Source: an uncultured Pseudomonadota bacterium (lineage in GTDB: Bacteria > Oederibacteriota > Muellerivitia > Muellerivitales > Muellerivitaceae). Taken from it: a DNA stretch of 64,000 bases. The notes beneath the pieces were generated by a model, which was not told where the DNA came from, did no database searches, and saw only the letters and a list, made by a program, of their open reading frames with translations. The DNA is taken from positions 102,396 to 166,395 of the forward strand of contig CAWJKT010000015.1 of the NCBI GenBank assembly GCA_963843375.1. The letters are read 5' to 3'. A program made the translations under genes and the position numbers. This document shows positions 25,051 through 36,032 of the stretch, one piece after another. Position 1 is the stretch's first letter; each line of letters opens with the position of its first letter.

Positions 25051-26649
25051 ATGAAACCAGGTCTTTCCCTCTTCTACCGAATCCTTTTATGTTTATTGAG
25101 CGGATCCCTCGTCTGTTTTTCCTTTCCGAATTTTATAGCAAGAACCCTAAACCCTCCCACGGCATTTTTGGGATGGTTTGCCTTGATACCCCTTTTCGTG
25201 GCCTTTAATAAAACTTCCCCAAAGCAAGGGGCTTTCCTCGGGTGGTTTTTTGGATTTGTCCAATTCGGAGGAATCCTCTATTGGATTGCTTTTCTGGAAG
25301 CGGCCCAGTCGTTAAGTGGCTTAGCATGGTTTGCGTTAGTTTTATATTTGAGTTTTTATTTTTTCCTTTTCGGTTTGATATACCGGATCTTGGACAAGAA
25401 ATCGGGATGGGGTGTTTGGAGCGCCCCTTTTCTTTGGGTGGCTTTGGAATACATTCGCGGAAGCCGTCCCTGGGGTGGCTTTTCGTGGGGAGAAATTGGT
25501 TATAGCCAAGCTCCGTATCCCTGTTTGTTGACCTTGACTTCCTTGGCCGGTGTTTATGGTCTCACTTTTATGATGGTTTGGTTTAATGCCTGGCTTGCAC
25601 ATTGGTTTGTTACTGTTTTGGAGGGCCCAACAGAAACCTCGAAAAACTCTTCATCCGTTAAATGGCTATCTTTTGCATTTCCCCTTTTAGTTTTGATGTT
25701 TGTCATTATTTCCGGTGAAATTAAAATCAAAACTACCAAACAAAAAAAAGCTGGTTCGGTAGTTTTATTACAGCCGAGTATTGACCAGGATGTTAAATGG
25801 AGCAAAGCGAATGTGATCGCTACTTATAATAGAATCGAAAAGCTTGTAATGGGGACAACCCGCTTGCATCCAAGCTTGATCATTTGGCCGGAAACTGCGG
25901 CCCCCTCCTATCTCTTACGAACTCCCCAAGACTTAAATCGTGTCGAATCGATCATTCGGCGGTCACATGATTCCAACCTAGTTGGTTGCCTTGACGCCCC
26001 AATAGAGAAAGATAGAGAAACCCATTATTACAACGCGGCAATTTACTTCACCCCGAACGGCAAACCCGAGGGTATTTATCACAAGCGTCATTTAGTGCCG
26101 TTTGGTGAATTTGTTCCTTTCCAGAAATACCTTACTTTTCTGGGTCCCGTTGTGGGTGATTTGGGTAATTTTGATTCCGGACGAAGTTACGAAAAATTCA
26201 ATGTTCCGGATTTTTCTTTTACTCCCATGATTTGTTATGAAGTTATTTTCCCTGGAGATGTTTATCAGGCCTTTAGAAGTAATGCCGATGCCTTAGTGAA
26301 TATCAGCAATGATGCATGGTATGGGCGGACTGCTTCCGCCTATCAGCACGCAATGATGGCCGTGGTGCGGTCAGCAGAGGAAAGAAAACCGCTTTTAAGG
26401 GCCTCAAATACCGGGATATGTCTGGCGACCGACCCATTTGGAAGAATTCTTAATTCAACCCGGTTATTTGACGAGACAACCCTAGATGCGGATGTCTTTT
26501 TGATTGAAGATTCCCCGACACTTTATTCACGATGGGGAAACTGGCTACCCTTGCTTTGTTGGGTGATGGTGATTTTCTTTTGGTTCCGGGTACATCAAAA
26601 GCCAAAACAATCGGTAGCACGAATTGAGGTTAAAAGTTTTGACCCCTAA
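25051..26649 (+). CDS. lnt: Apolipoprotein N-acyltransferase
   Basis: WVALEYIR, IIWPETA, KRHLVPFGEFVP, ICYE, SNDAWY, RASNTG. Confidence 0.96.
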   Translation: MKPGLSLFYRILLCLLSGSLVCFSFPNFIARTLNPPTAFLGWFALIPLFVAFNKTSPKQGAFLGWFFGFVQFGGILYWIAFLEAAQSLSGLAWFALVLYLSFYFFLFGLIYRILDKKSGWGVWSAPFLWVALEYIRGSRPWGGFSWGEIGYSQAPYPCLLTLTSLAGVYGLTFMMVWFNAWLAHWFVTVLEGPTETSKNSSSVKWLSFAFPLLVLMFVIISGEIKIKTTKQKKAGSVVLLQPSIDQDVKWSKANVIATYNRIEKLVMGTTRLHPSLIIWPETAAPSYLLRTPQDLNRVESIIRRSHDSNLVGCLDAPIEKDRETHYYNAAIYFTPNGKPEGIYHKRHLVPFGEFVPFQKYLTFLGPVVGDLGNFDSGRSYEKFNVPDFSFTPMICYEVIFPGDVYQAFRSNADALVNISNDAWYGRTASAYQHAMMAVVRSAEERKPLLRASNTGICLATDPFGRILNSTRLFDETTLDADVFLIEDSPTLYSRWGNWLPLLCWVMVIFFWFRVHQKPKQSVARIEVKSFDP

Positions 26650-27019
26650 AAAATCACCGAAACTCTTAAAAATTGCGTCGATAAAAGAACTCAAAAATGG
26701 ACAATCCAAAAAATTCATTCTTCAACGTTCCGACCGTAAAACGAAAGCGTTTTTAATCAAAATAAACGATGATTATCACGCTTATTTAAATTTATGCCGT
26801 CATTGGACTGTGGGGTTGGATTTTGATGACAATGATTTTTTTTCGGAAGATTCCCAATGGATTATTTGTAAGAATCACGGGGCTCTTTACAATCCATCAA
26901 CCGGCCAATGCGAAAGTGGGCCATGTGGTGGTGTTTCTTTATATCGGGTCCCACTCGTGGAAAAAGACGGGTTTCTCTACGCCGATGTGATGAAGATCGA
27001 CTGGGGCGATGCGTTCTGA
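26624..27019 (+). CDS. Rieske [2Fe-2S] domain protein
   Basis: CRH and CKNHGA motifs, GPCGG. Confidence 0.85.
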   Translation: MRLKVLTPKKSPKLLKIASIKELKNGQSKKFILQRSDRKTKAFLIKINDDYHAYLNLCRHWTVGLDFDDNDFFSEDSQWIICKNHGALYNPSTGQCESGPCGGVSLYRVPLVEKDGFLYADVMKIDWGDAF

Positions 27020-27047
27020 GATCTTTTGTTGAGGGTAAAAATAATAA

Positions 27048-28110
27048 TCAGATGGGATGAAGCCCGCGGCGGGTTAGCCCGGTCGTTTCATCTAAACCGA
27101 ACATGAGGTTCATGTTTTGAACCCCCACATGGGCTCCACCCTTGCCTATGCTATCCAATACGCTGAAAACCACGATCCGCCCCCGGTTTTCATCCACATC
27201 CAGTCCAATGAAACAGAAATTTGTTCCGGAAACGCTGTTTACCCACGGATAAGGTTTGTATTGCCAGGAGGCGCCTTCTTCTTTGGGCAAATCGTAAAAT
27301 TTCACGAAATACTCGTTTTTATAAAATTCCTTATAAAGTTCTATTAGTTGCTTACGGGTTACTTTGTGTTTTGGGAAAGCATGGCAGATATCCAAAATCC
27401 CCCGAACTATAGGGACATAGATTGGAGTAAAGCCAATTTTCACTTTTTTCTTAGTCTTAGAAAGAAGGCTCAATTCCTGTTCCGCTTCAAAGGTATGACG
27501 GTGTCCTGTTACGTTGTAGGGAATCAAATTATTGCCAATTTCAGCATGGTGCGCGGGCCGAGATAGGTCCGCCCCGATACCTGCAGTTCCGGAAAGTCCA
27601 TCCACCGCAATTTTATCCGTGTCAATAAGATTGGCTTTGACGAGCGGAGCCAAACCCAAAATTGCGGCGGAAGCAAAGCAACCGGGGTTGGCGATTACAC
27701 GGGCATTTTTAATTTCATCGCGGTGTAATTCGGAAATCCCATAAACAGCTTCCTTGGCCAGGTTCCAACTTTTGTGTTTTTTATTGTAAACTTTTTCCCA
27801 AGTAGGGCGGTCGCTCAGGCGGAAATCCGCGCCCTAAGTCGATAACCTTAGCGCCTTCTTTTAAGAATTTGGGTGCTAATTCCATTGGGACACCGGTTGG
27901 AAGGGCCATGAAAACGACATCGCAAGGAGTGGTTTGTTCAGGACGAATGAACTGAATTCCGGTACCAAATAAATTTGGATGGTAATCGGCGACTTGAGCT
28001 TCGCTGCGGCTGGTAGCCCAGGCGATTTCTACTTCGGGATGATCCATGAGCACGCGCAAAACTTCGCCACCCATATATCCTGTGGCGCCATAAATTCCGG
28101 CTCGAATCAT
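27048..28110 (-). CDS. argC: N-acetyl-gamma-glutamyl-phosphate reductase family (ArgC/LysY), frameshift ~27833
   Basis: GATGYMG, HPNL, VIDLG-ADFR, IANPGC, QNMNLMFG; RBS GAGGA. Confidence 0.85.
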
Positions 28111-28184
28111 ATTATCCTCGCTTTTGAAGTGTCCATTGGTGAGGTTTGCAACCCTTTGGTATCCATGGATTTTCTGGTTGTAAT

Positions 28185-28260
28185 TGGCGACCCCAACGGG
28201 AGTCGAACCCGTGTTACCGGGATGAAAACCCGGTGTCCTAGGCCTCTAGACGATGGGGTC
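28185..28260 (-). tRNA. tRNA-Glu(TTC)
   Basis: Cloverleaf GACCCCA..., anticodon arm CCGGG-TT TTC AT-CCCGG, encoded CCA. Confidence 0.97.
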
Positions 28261-28298
28261 GACTAGATTTTTGAAAAAAGCCCTGGAAAAGAGAGCAA

Positions 28299-28327
28299 AT
28301 TCTAGGGGACGTGGCTTGGGAAGTCAA
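28299..28327 (-). promoter_or_regulatory. sigma70 promoter for tRNA-Glu
   Basis: TTGACT-17-TAGAAT. Confidence 0.7.
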
Positions 28328-28473
28328 GAAAGGAAGGACCTAATTGGAATGAAATGCTAACCTTTATAACCGTAAAGAGATGAATTTTTGGGGTTGGGTT
28401 TTAAATCCAGAAAAATTTAGAAGTTGGATGATTCGGAAGGAAGTTGCCCATTATGATCGATTCACTCGAATCT

Positions 28474-28503
28474 TTGACACGGGAAAGGATTCTGTTTTAC
28501 TAT
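28474..28503 (+). promoter_or_regulatory. sigma70 promoter for the cyclophilin gene
   Basis: TTGACA-18-TACTAT. Confidence 0.55.
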
Positions 28504-28532
28504 TTCACTGATAATTTATTTGGGAGGGCGAA

Positions 28533-29013
28533 TTGAAGAAAAAAAAAAAAAACGAAAACGATCGGCAAGACAGTTAAAAAAAATACCGGGATTACAAAAA
28601 TTCATTTTGAAACGACTCGAGGAATCTTTACCACAGAAATTTTTTCAGACGTGAAAGCACACGCGGAAAATTTCATCAGTCTGGTATCCTCGGGTTTTTA
28701 TGATGGACTCATCTTTCACAGGTATGAACCCAACTTCGTCATCCAAGGGGGCGATCCCACTGGAACCGGAATGGGAGGGTCGGGTAAAACGGTTCCGCTG
28801 GAAATCACAAGCCATCGACATGTAAAAGGAGCATTGGGAATGGCTCGCTCACAGGACCCTAACTCCGCCTCCTGCCAATTTTACGTTTGTTTGACTGACG
28901 CTCATTTTCTGGATAATGAATATACCGTTTTTGGTCAGGTGGTTGATGGCATGGATAACGTTTTGAAACTCAGAAAAGACGACAAAATGATTAAAGTAAC
29001 TTTAATGAAATAG
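28533..29013 (+). CDS. Cyclophilin-type peptidyl-prolyl isomerase (TTG start out of frame across an A14 run)
   Basis: FYDGLIFHR, FVIQGGDPTGTG, GALGMAR, SASCQFY, YTVFGQV; GGAGG RBS before TTG 28533. Confidence 0.92.
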
Positions 29014-29279
29014 ACAAGACACGGTTGTATTTGTTTTGAGAAACTATGATTTTTTTTCAAATGGGAGTGGATAATGTTTCGTAGGTTTGACTTGTTTCAA
29101 TTATGCGGATTGGGGCAGGGGGCTGCGCTGTAAAGGCCGATACTAACGGACTGTTGTGATAACATGATGGAAATGCCTTGATGAAAGTAAGTAATTGATC
29201 AAAAGTTATTGAAACTCTAGGTGGAGTAACGATTATAATGATCACTGAATTTACTATTCGAGAATAGGGGCGAAATTAA

Positions 29280-30320
29280 ATGGCGATTACCATTAAGGAT
29301 GTTGCTCAAAAAGCCGGAGTGTCCGTCGCGACCGTTTCTCGAGTCGTGAATCAAAAAGATATCCATAAGGTAGGCGTAAAGACTCAACAAAGAATCGAAA
29401 GAATTTTAAAAGAACTTGGATATTACCCGAATAGCATGGCCCGGGGCCTTAAAACCCGAAAGACTTTTAACATTGGAGTGGTTTTCTTTTGGTATGAAAA
29501 GCCGTCTTTAACCGATTTCTATTTGACCCGTGTTCTCGACGGTGTGATCAGTTATATCAGTGAGAAGCGTTACAACATCCTAATGAATACTTTTAGTCGG
29601 CAAGTTCAAAATGAAGGAATTTACGCCAGCTTTGTAAATTCAGGTCTTGTGGATGGAGTTCTCGCAATCGCCCCACCCGTTGAATCTCGGTTTTTTCAAG
29701 ATCTTAAGCAAGGGGCTTTGCCTTATGTTTTAGTGAATTATCAAGTCAATGACCCGGATGTTTGCTTTGTGGATTGTTTGAATACCCAGGGAATTATCGA
29801 TGTGGTTGATCATCTTGTTTCTTTGGATCATAAACACATTGGTTTTATTGCCGGGGATATCCAATATTCGAAAAATTCACTAGATCGCTTTAATGCCTTT
29901 AAATATATCCTCAAAAAACGAAATCTTCCTTTTCATGAGGAGCATGTTTATTTCGGTAATTGGACTGAACAAGCAGGCGCCAAGGCGGTTGAGGCCTTTT
30001 GGAAAACCAAACATCCTCCAACAGCCATAATCGGCTCCAGCGATATCATGGCTTTAGGAGCGATCCGGCAACTGCGAAAGCAAGGTTTAAGAGTTCCGCA
30101 GGATGTTGCCGTTGTCGGGTTTGATGATATTTCCAATGACAATAATTTAACCACAGTCCATCAACCGGCTTTTGATATGGGTTATGAGGCCGCCAAGATG
30201 CTTTGGAACCAAATCGAAAAAAGGCCGTTGGAATATACACACAGGTTTTTCCCAACTAAATTGGTAGTACGTGAAAGTTGTGGTTATTATTTAAAAAATT
30301 CCCACGATCAAAAAAGCTAA
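29280..30320 (+). CDS. LacI-family transcriptional regulator
   Basis: TIKDVAQKAGVSVATVSRV, YYPNSMARGL, VPQDVAVVGFDD. Confidence 0.96.
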   Translation: MAITIKDVAQKAGVSVATVSRVVNQKDIHKVGVKTQQRIERILKELGYYPNSMARGLKTRKTFNIGVVFFWYEKPSLTDFYLTRVLDGVISYISEKRYNILMNTFSRQVQNEGIYASFVNSGLVDGVLAIAPPVESRFFQDLKQGALPYVLVNYQVNDPDVCFVDCLNTQGIIDVVDHLVSLDHKHIGFIAGDIQYSKNSLDRFNAFKYILKKRNLPFHEEHVYFGNWTEQAGAKAVEAFWKTKHPPTAIIGSSDIMALGAIRQLRKQGLRVPQDVAVVGFDDISNDNNLTTVHQPAFDMGYEAAKMLWNQIEKRPLEYTHRFFPTKLVVRESCGYYLKNSHDQKS

Positions 30321-30332
30321 AAAGCGCTTTTT
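30319..30332. promoter_or_regulatory. Putative LacI-family operator
   Basis: Perfect palindrome AAAAAGCGCTTTTT with central CG, between lacI and the glycoside hydrolase. Confidence 0.5.
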
Positions 30333-30436
30333 GTTTCTCTTTACAACAACTCGCTGAAAAGGCGTTGAAGGCCCTTGGGAATGATGTTATAAATGCCTGC
30401 CGATCGAATCCGTTCTGCAAAAAGGAAAAATTCAGT

Positions 30437-33400
30437 ATGAAATCCTTGAGATTTTTTGTTTGGATTTTTTTGGCATCTCTTTTGGGTTACTTCCCAACAA
30501 AGATTATCGCAGCCCCGACGGTCACGATATCCGATACCTCCACTCCAATTCAGATCGACGGGGATTTGTCCGATTGGACGGCTCAACCGGCGATCACATT
30601 AGATAAAAAAGAAAATGTGGTTATTGGCCAAGGAGATTGGACCGGGCCTGATATCGCCAGCGCCAGGATTTATCTTACCTATGATCAGACAAATCTTTAT
30701 ATTGGGGCGGATATCACCAGCAAAACTCCCCAATTCAATAGCATGAACGCGAGTGACATTTATAATGGCGACGCTCTGGAAGTTTATGTCGGGACCGACC
30801 TTTCTAATCCCCAACGAAAAGCTTATTCCCCCACCGACGTCCAATTCGTCATTTCCCCTGGAAAAAACGGGGACGGAGCCGAAATTTATAGCATGACCGA
30901 TCAGGCGGATATTCCCAATGCCAAGGTCGCCACCAAAATGACAAAGACCGGTTACACCATTGAGGCTTCAATCCCCTTATCTTTCTTCTATAAGATCAAT
31001 GTTGGCCCCGGGAAAACCATTGGGTTCGATATCGCATTGGATGATGTGGGCGCCACCGGTAAAACCCGAACTCTTCAATTATCGTGGTCCCAAAGCGATA
31101 AAAGCTGGCAGGATCCATCCGGTTGGGGAACTCTCCAATTCAACGGACAGACAGTTTATGTAAATACGTCCCCTAAACAAGCCATGCCAGGATCTCAATC
31201 GACTGAGATGGATCCCACGGTAGGTAAGAAAGAGGCTTCCACCGAAGGAACCCTGATTTGGGGATTCAACGGTGATGTGGGAGGGTTCGAAGGAAAAGTG
31301 TCTCCTGAGGCTACAACGGTTACAGAAGGGACTGGAGCTTTACGTATCGATACGGATGGGTCACAAGGTTGGAACCAAAGCCTTGCGATTTGTTCTGCCG
31401 TTCCAATGGGGGATAAATGGGAAAATTTCAAGGCGCTTACTTTTGATATTTACTTTCCACAAGGCAGTTTGGCCAAGGCCTCTTATGGAGAACTTTACAT
31501 TATTACGCAGAGCCCGGCCAACAGCTGGTACGAGATTAAAATGAAAATGAGGGAAGGATGGAACCATGTCAAACAAGACGTAGATTCAAGCCAATTTAAG
31601 GGTGGTGTAACCAAGGTTTATCTTGTTTTTAATTCCGGTGGGCCTATCACTGGTTCGGTGGTGTTAGACAACATACGCGGAATCTTGAAAGGCGCCGCTT
31701 CTTCTTTGTTGGGTAAAATTACTAATAAAGTTACTGGAAACCCCGTTAAGGGTGCAGAAATAGCCATTGCAAAAAAACTGGTAACTGCTGACGATACCGG
31801 TTCTTTCAAAATGGATTTGCCGGAAGACACCTATACCGCTGAGGTTTTCGCAACCGGATACAAGCTGGATAAAGAGAGCGTCACAGTTTCAGCTTCCAAA
31901 GAAAATAATTGGACGGTGGCGTTGGAACCCGAAGCGACCCTGGTGAAAAAGGCCGTGGTGGATGTCTTCTTTGATAAGAAAATTCGGACCATAAATCCAC
32001 ATTATATGTTTGGAAATAATATTGCCGCTTGGCATGAACCGAAGTGGTTCACCGATCCAACCGCTATGAAAGAAATGACGGATATTACTTCTTACGTCCG
32101 AATTCCTGGTGGGGAATACGGTAACATTTGGCAGTGGAAAACAGGTTCTACCCTCCAGAAGGATGGAAAAACAGTCCAAACCACCTGGCCCTTTGGATGG
32201 CCCCAGATGGTTGATTTCATTAAAAGGTTGCCAAACGGGGAGTTCCTTTATATTGCCAATATCATGACCATGGATGTCCAAAACACATTGGATTGGATTG
32301 CGGATGCCAAAGCTCAAGGACTCAAGGTCAAATATGTCGAACTGGGGAATGAACCGGATTATGAAGCGGACATGCAATATAACGGGCAAACCCAATACTG
32401 GACAGTCATCGACAATTATTGTCAGCATTTTATAGAATTCGCCAAGGCCATTAAGGCGAAATATCCGGACATCAAAATTATGGGTCCGACTCCCGCTCAA
32501 TTTCAGAACCACGAAAGAAAAGAGGGTTCACCTTGGCTGGCTCCTGAAACCGCCCCCTGGTGGGTCGAGAAGTTTTTGGAAGAATGTGGTCCCTATGTTG
32601 ATGTCGTTTCGATTCACACTTATCCCTATTGGAGCAATGATAGCGATTCCAACTTGCTGTCCAAAACAAGTTTATGGGCGGAGTACATACCTAAAATCAG
32701 GGAAGCCATTGCAAAAAATATTCCGGATCGTGCGGACAAGATTGAAATCGCTGTAAGCGAATGGAATTCGGGTGATGAACTTCCCGCTACTGCCAAGCTC
32801 ATCAACGGTATTTTTTGCGCCGATTACCTGGCTCAAATGATGGTTTGGGGAGTGAACCAAACAAATATTTGGGATATGTTTACGCAGAAACCGGGACAAG
32901 GTGGGGGACACGGGTTGATCGATCCCAATAATGATCCGGAACGTCCTTTTGCCCCAAGAGTTCATTATTGGGCCTTATACATGATGGAACATTACTTTGG
33001 GACGACGTTATTCCAAGCGGTCTCTGATTCGGATGAGCTTTCTGCTTATGCCAGCTCGGGACAAGGGAAAAAATATCTCTTGGTAATCAACAAAACGCCT
33101 AAATACGCATACCAAACGGCGATTAATCTTGGTTCACCTCTAAAGTATAGATTCCATCTAGACTTTTATGAGTTGAGTTCCAAGGAATACCAATGGAGCG
33201 AGAACCTTTATAGGGCTGTTATTGACTCCGGGCCCTCCCACTTAACAAGCTCAAAAGTTGTTAAGGGGAGGTTTGAATATACTTTCCCCCCTTATTCCAT
33301 TACTTGTATTGTAATGACACCCGCCCAAATAGTTAGTGACATCATACGCCGGCCAAACCTTCCGGACAAAGCCCTTGGCCCCACCAAAAGGCTGTGTTAA
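30437..33400 (+). CDS. Secreted multidomain glycoside hydrolase: CBM9/DOMON-like + beta-sandwich + CarboxypepD_reg-like + clan GH-A catalytic domain (true stop may be 33332)
   Basis: Signal peptide; IQIDGDLSDW, GDALEVY, GYTIEASIP; RIPGG, ELGNEPD, IAVSEWN; YTFPPYSITC. Confidence 0.82.
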   Translation: MKSLRFFVWIFLASLLGYFPTKIIAAPTVTISDTSTPIQIDGDLSDWTAQPAITLDKKENVVIGQGDWTGPDIASARIYLTYDQTNLYIGADITSKTPQFNSMNASDIYNGDALEVYVGTDLSNPQRKAYSPTDVQFVISPGKNGDGAEIYSMTDQADIPNAKVATKMTKTGYTIEASIPLSFFYKINVGPGKTIGFDIALDDVGATGKTRTLQLSWSQSDKSWQDPSGWGTLQFNGQTVYVNTSPKQAMPGSQSTEMDPTVGKKEASTEGTLIWGFNGDVGGFEGKVSPEATTVTEGTGALRIDTDGSQGWNQSLAICSAVPMGDKWENFKALTFDIYFPQGSLAKASYGELYIITQSPANSWYEIKMKMREGWNHVKQDVDSSQFKGGVTKVYLVFNSGGPITGSVVLDNIRGILKGAASSLLGKITNKVTGNPVKGAEIAIAKKLVTADDTGSFKMDLPEDTYTAEVFATGYKLDKESVTVSASKENNWTVALEPEATLVKKAVVDVFFDKKIRTINPHYMFGNNIAAWHEPKWFTDPTAMKEMTDITSYVRIPGGEYGNIWQWKTGSTLQKDGKTVQTTWPFGWPQMVDFIKRLPNGEFLYIANIMTMDVQNTLDWIADAKAQGLKVKYVELGNEPDYEADMQYNGQTQYWTVIDNYCQHFIEFAKAIKAKYPDIKIMGPTPAQFQNHERKEGSPWLAPETAPWWVEKFLEECGPYVDVVSIHTYPYWSNDSDSNLLSKTSLWAEYIPKIREAIAKNIPDRADKIEIAVSEWNSGDELPATAKLINGIFCADYLAQMMVWGVNQTNIWDMFTQKPGQGGGHGLIDPNNDPERPFAPRVHYWALYMMEHYFGTTLFQAVSDSDELSAYASSGQGKKYLLVINKTPKYAYQTAINLGSPLKYRFHLDFYELSSKEYQWSENLYRAVIDSGPSHLTSSKVVKGRFEYTFPPYSITCIVMTPAQIVSDIIRRPNLPDKALGPTKRLC

Positions 33401-33500
33401 ATTGTTTTTCACTTGATTTTAACGAATGAAAAAGTTCCCATCATCCTGGAGTTCCGAATAACCCATTTTCAAGTCTTTCCCCTGAAGGAGTCCTTCCCCG

Positions 33501-35727
33501 GTGGCAGAAGATAAAACCGTACTCATCAAGACGGCCTATTCCTATTACCAAAAGGGAGATTGGGACCGAGCGATTGAGGAATACCATAAGCTAGCCGAAT
33601 TAGACTCCAAGGACCTAAACGTCCACAATATGTTGGCCGATATTTACGCCAAAAAAGGGCGATGTCCAGGAAGCCCTCCAACAATACGACCTTGTGGCGC
33701 AAGGGTTCGATCAAAAGAACCAAGTCGACAAAGTCCTCCAAGTTTACAAGCGGATGCTTAAACTCCTCCCGAACGATCCCGAGTTATTAAACTCTGTTAA
33801 AAATCTTATTGATAAATATCTTTCTCGGGCCTCTCAACTGGAAGAATCGGAACCGGATAAATCCATCGAAATATATCGGTCGGTTTTGAAGGCCGAACCC
33901 AATCGGATCGACGCGAATCTTTCCGTTGCCAAACTCCTCACTAAAAAAGGTCAAAAGTTCGAGGGCGTGGAAATTCTTATGAACCTTGCCATGAACTTGG
34001 ATGAAGAAACCCAGACCGGCAAGTTGGTTGAGGTTTTGCAGGCGGCAACGGAATTGGATCCTTTAAATATTGAAGCCAGGGAAAAAATCATCAGTCTTTT
34101 TATTAAAGCTAAACAAACGGCTGCAGCGGCGAAAAGTCTGCAGGACTTGATTGAAATTTATATCAGTAAAAATGACTTTTCAAATGCCGAAACTGCGGCG
34201 CAAAAGGCGATCGAATTAGGTGATCCGAACACTTATTACCATTTAGGTGTCATTTATTTTAACCAGCAAAAATACCCGGAAAGCCGAGCCGCATTTGAAA
34301 AGTTTTTGAATCAGCAGGATGGCCATGTGGGAGCCCTGAAATACCTGGCACTTGCCTATTTACGCTTGAACCAGATCCCCGAAGCCGTCCAAGCTTATTT
34401 AAAAATTTTGGATGTTTATTTCAATGAAAATCTACTGGATGAAGCCCGCGAAGTCAGGCAAACGATTCTCGAATTAGACTCGAATAATGAAACCGTAGGG
34501 AAGTATCCATTGGATCAAAATGTTTTGGCCGCGGAACATCCCCCGGAGGCTCCAGTCCCCGCATTGCCGACTGCTGAGGAAAAGACCCGACTTGAAATGG
34601 ATGAACAACAGGGTTTTTTGGTGCAGGCACAAGTTTTTACGGATAGGGGTCTCTACGAACAGGCTATTGATGTTTATTTGGAAATGTTGAAGCGTTGGCC
34701 CCAATCACCCGAGGTCAGGATGCGCCTCCAACAGGTTTACGCCTTAGTTGCGCGGGCGATGGAACCGGCCGAAAAACATCTCTCTGCCGAGGATATAAAG
34801 TCTGAATTGGAAAAAGAACTGCGGGAACAGATGCGCAAAGAGCTGGAAGAACAAGCGCGGGCAGTTCAAGAACGACAGCGAGAATTGGAGCATAAACAGG
34901 AGATTGAGCAGATTCGGCTTCGCCAGGAATTGGAATCTAAACTTTTTGAACAAGTTCAAAAGTCAAAAGAAGAGGAATTTCGTCAAAGAATCGCTAATGA
35001 ATTTGAAGAAAAGCAAAAATTTTTGGCGGTTGAACGCGAGCGGATTGAAAGAGAAAAAAACCAATCCATGATTTTGGCCCAAGCAAGCCGTTCCAAAGAG
35101 GAAGAATTGCGTCAACAATTCGCCAGGGAATTCGAGGAAAAGGAGCGGCGGCTGTCTCTCGAAAGGGAAAAAATAGAAAAAGAGAGAGTGGAGTCCCTTG
35201 GGCGTCTCCAAACTGAACTCGAAGAAACCAAGAGCTCATTGGAAAGCAGCATTCGTAAGCAAATCGAAAGGGAAATGCAGGAGAGAATCGAGAAGGAATC
35301 CCTGTTGAAAGAAGCCTTGAGACAGGGGGAAGAGAAACAACATCGCGAGGACGAAGAAAGAAAAAAATATACCGAACAAAAGAAGGCGCAAGAAGCCGCG
35401 AAAGCCAAAATCAATCAGGAAATTATGCAGGGTATGGAAAGGCTTCGGGGAGAAAAAGAAAAGGAGGGAAAGGCAAGCACTGCACCCGTACCGGCCAAGG
35501 TTCCTGCCGGGCCTTCGCAAATATCTTCACCCCAACCTTTGAAGAGTTACGAATCCCAGGATTCCTTGGAGGATCCCTTTGTACGCCAAACTTTGGCCGA
35601 GATCTATGCCAAACAAGGTCTTTACTTGGAGGCATTGAAAATTTACGAAAGAATACTGACAGAGGAACCCGCTAATGAGGAGGTCCGTGAGAAATTAAGG
35701 GATATATTGCGGTTGAAGGGGATTTAG
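33501..35727 (+). CDS. TPR-repeat protein with long coiled coil (frameshift ~33658)
   Basis: Multiple TPR helices, E/K/R/Q-rich heptads, terminal TLAEIYAKQG TPR; AAGGAG RBS. Confidence 0.85.
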
Positions 35728-35976
35728 AAATTATTCTTATTTTTTCAATGGATCGGGAATATTAACGCCGAAACTTTGTTTTTGAGGTAAGGATTATAAA
35801 CCTCTGAATGGGTATATTCTTTATTGACTGGATTGGAATTTTTGAAAAAAAGAGAATTTATCTTTAGGATTTTGGGTCATGTCAAAATCCAAACTGATTT
35901 CTCGTTAAAGTGGCAGTTTTAGCTCTAATTGCCGTTGATTTAAGAAAAATTAAGTGTTATTTTAAGGCGCTTTAAT

Positions 35977-35992
35977 TGGCACCCAATTTGCT
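35977..35992 (+). promoter_or_regulatory. sigma54 -24/-12 promoter
   Basis: TGGCAC-CCAAT-TTGCT, exact consensus, ~40 nt before ATG 36033, AT-rich upstream region. Confidence 0.8.
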
Positions 35993-36032
35993 GTTTATAT
36001 TGAAACTTACTTAAACTTTTTAGGGGGCGAAG

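Noticed and set aside
30278..30436. N-terminal extension of the glycoside hydrolase ORF
   Set aside because: It overlaps lacI and the operator; RBS and signal peptide support ATG 30437
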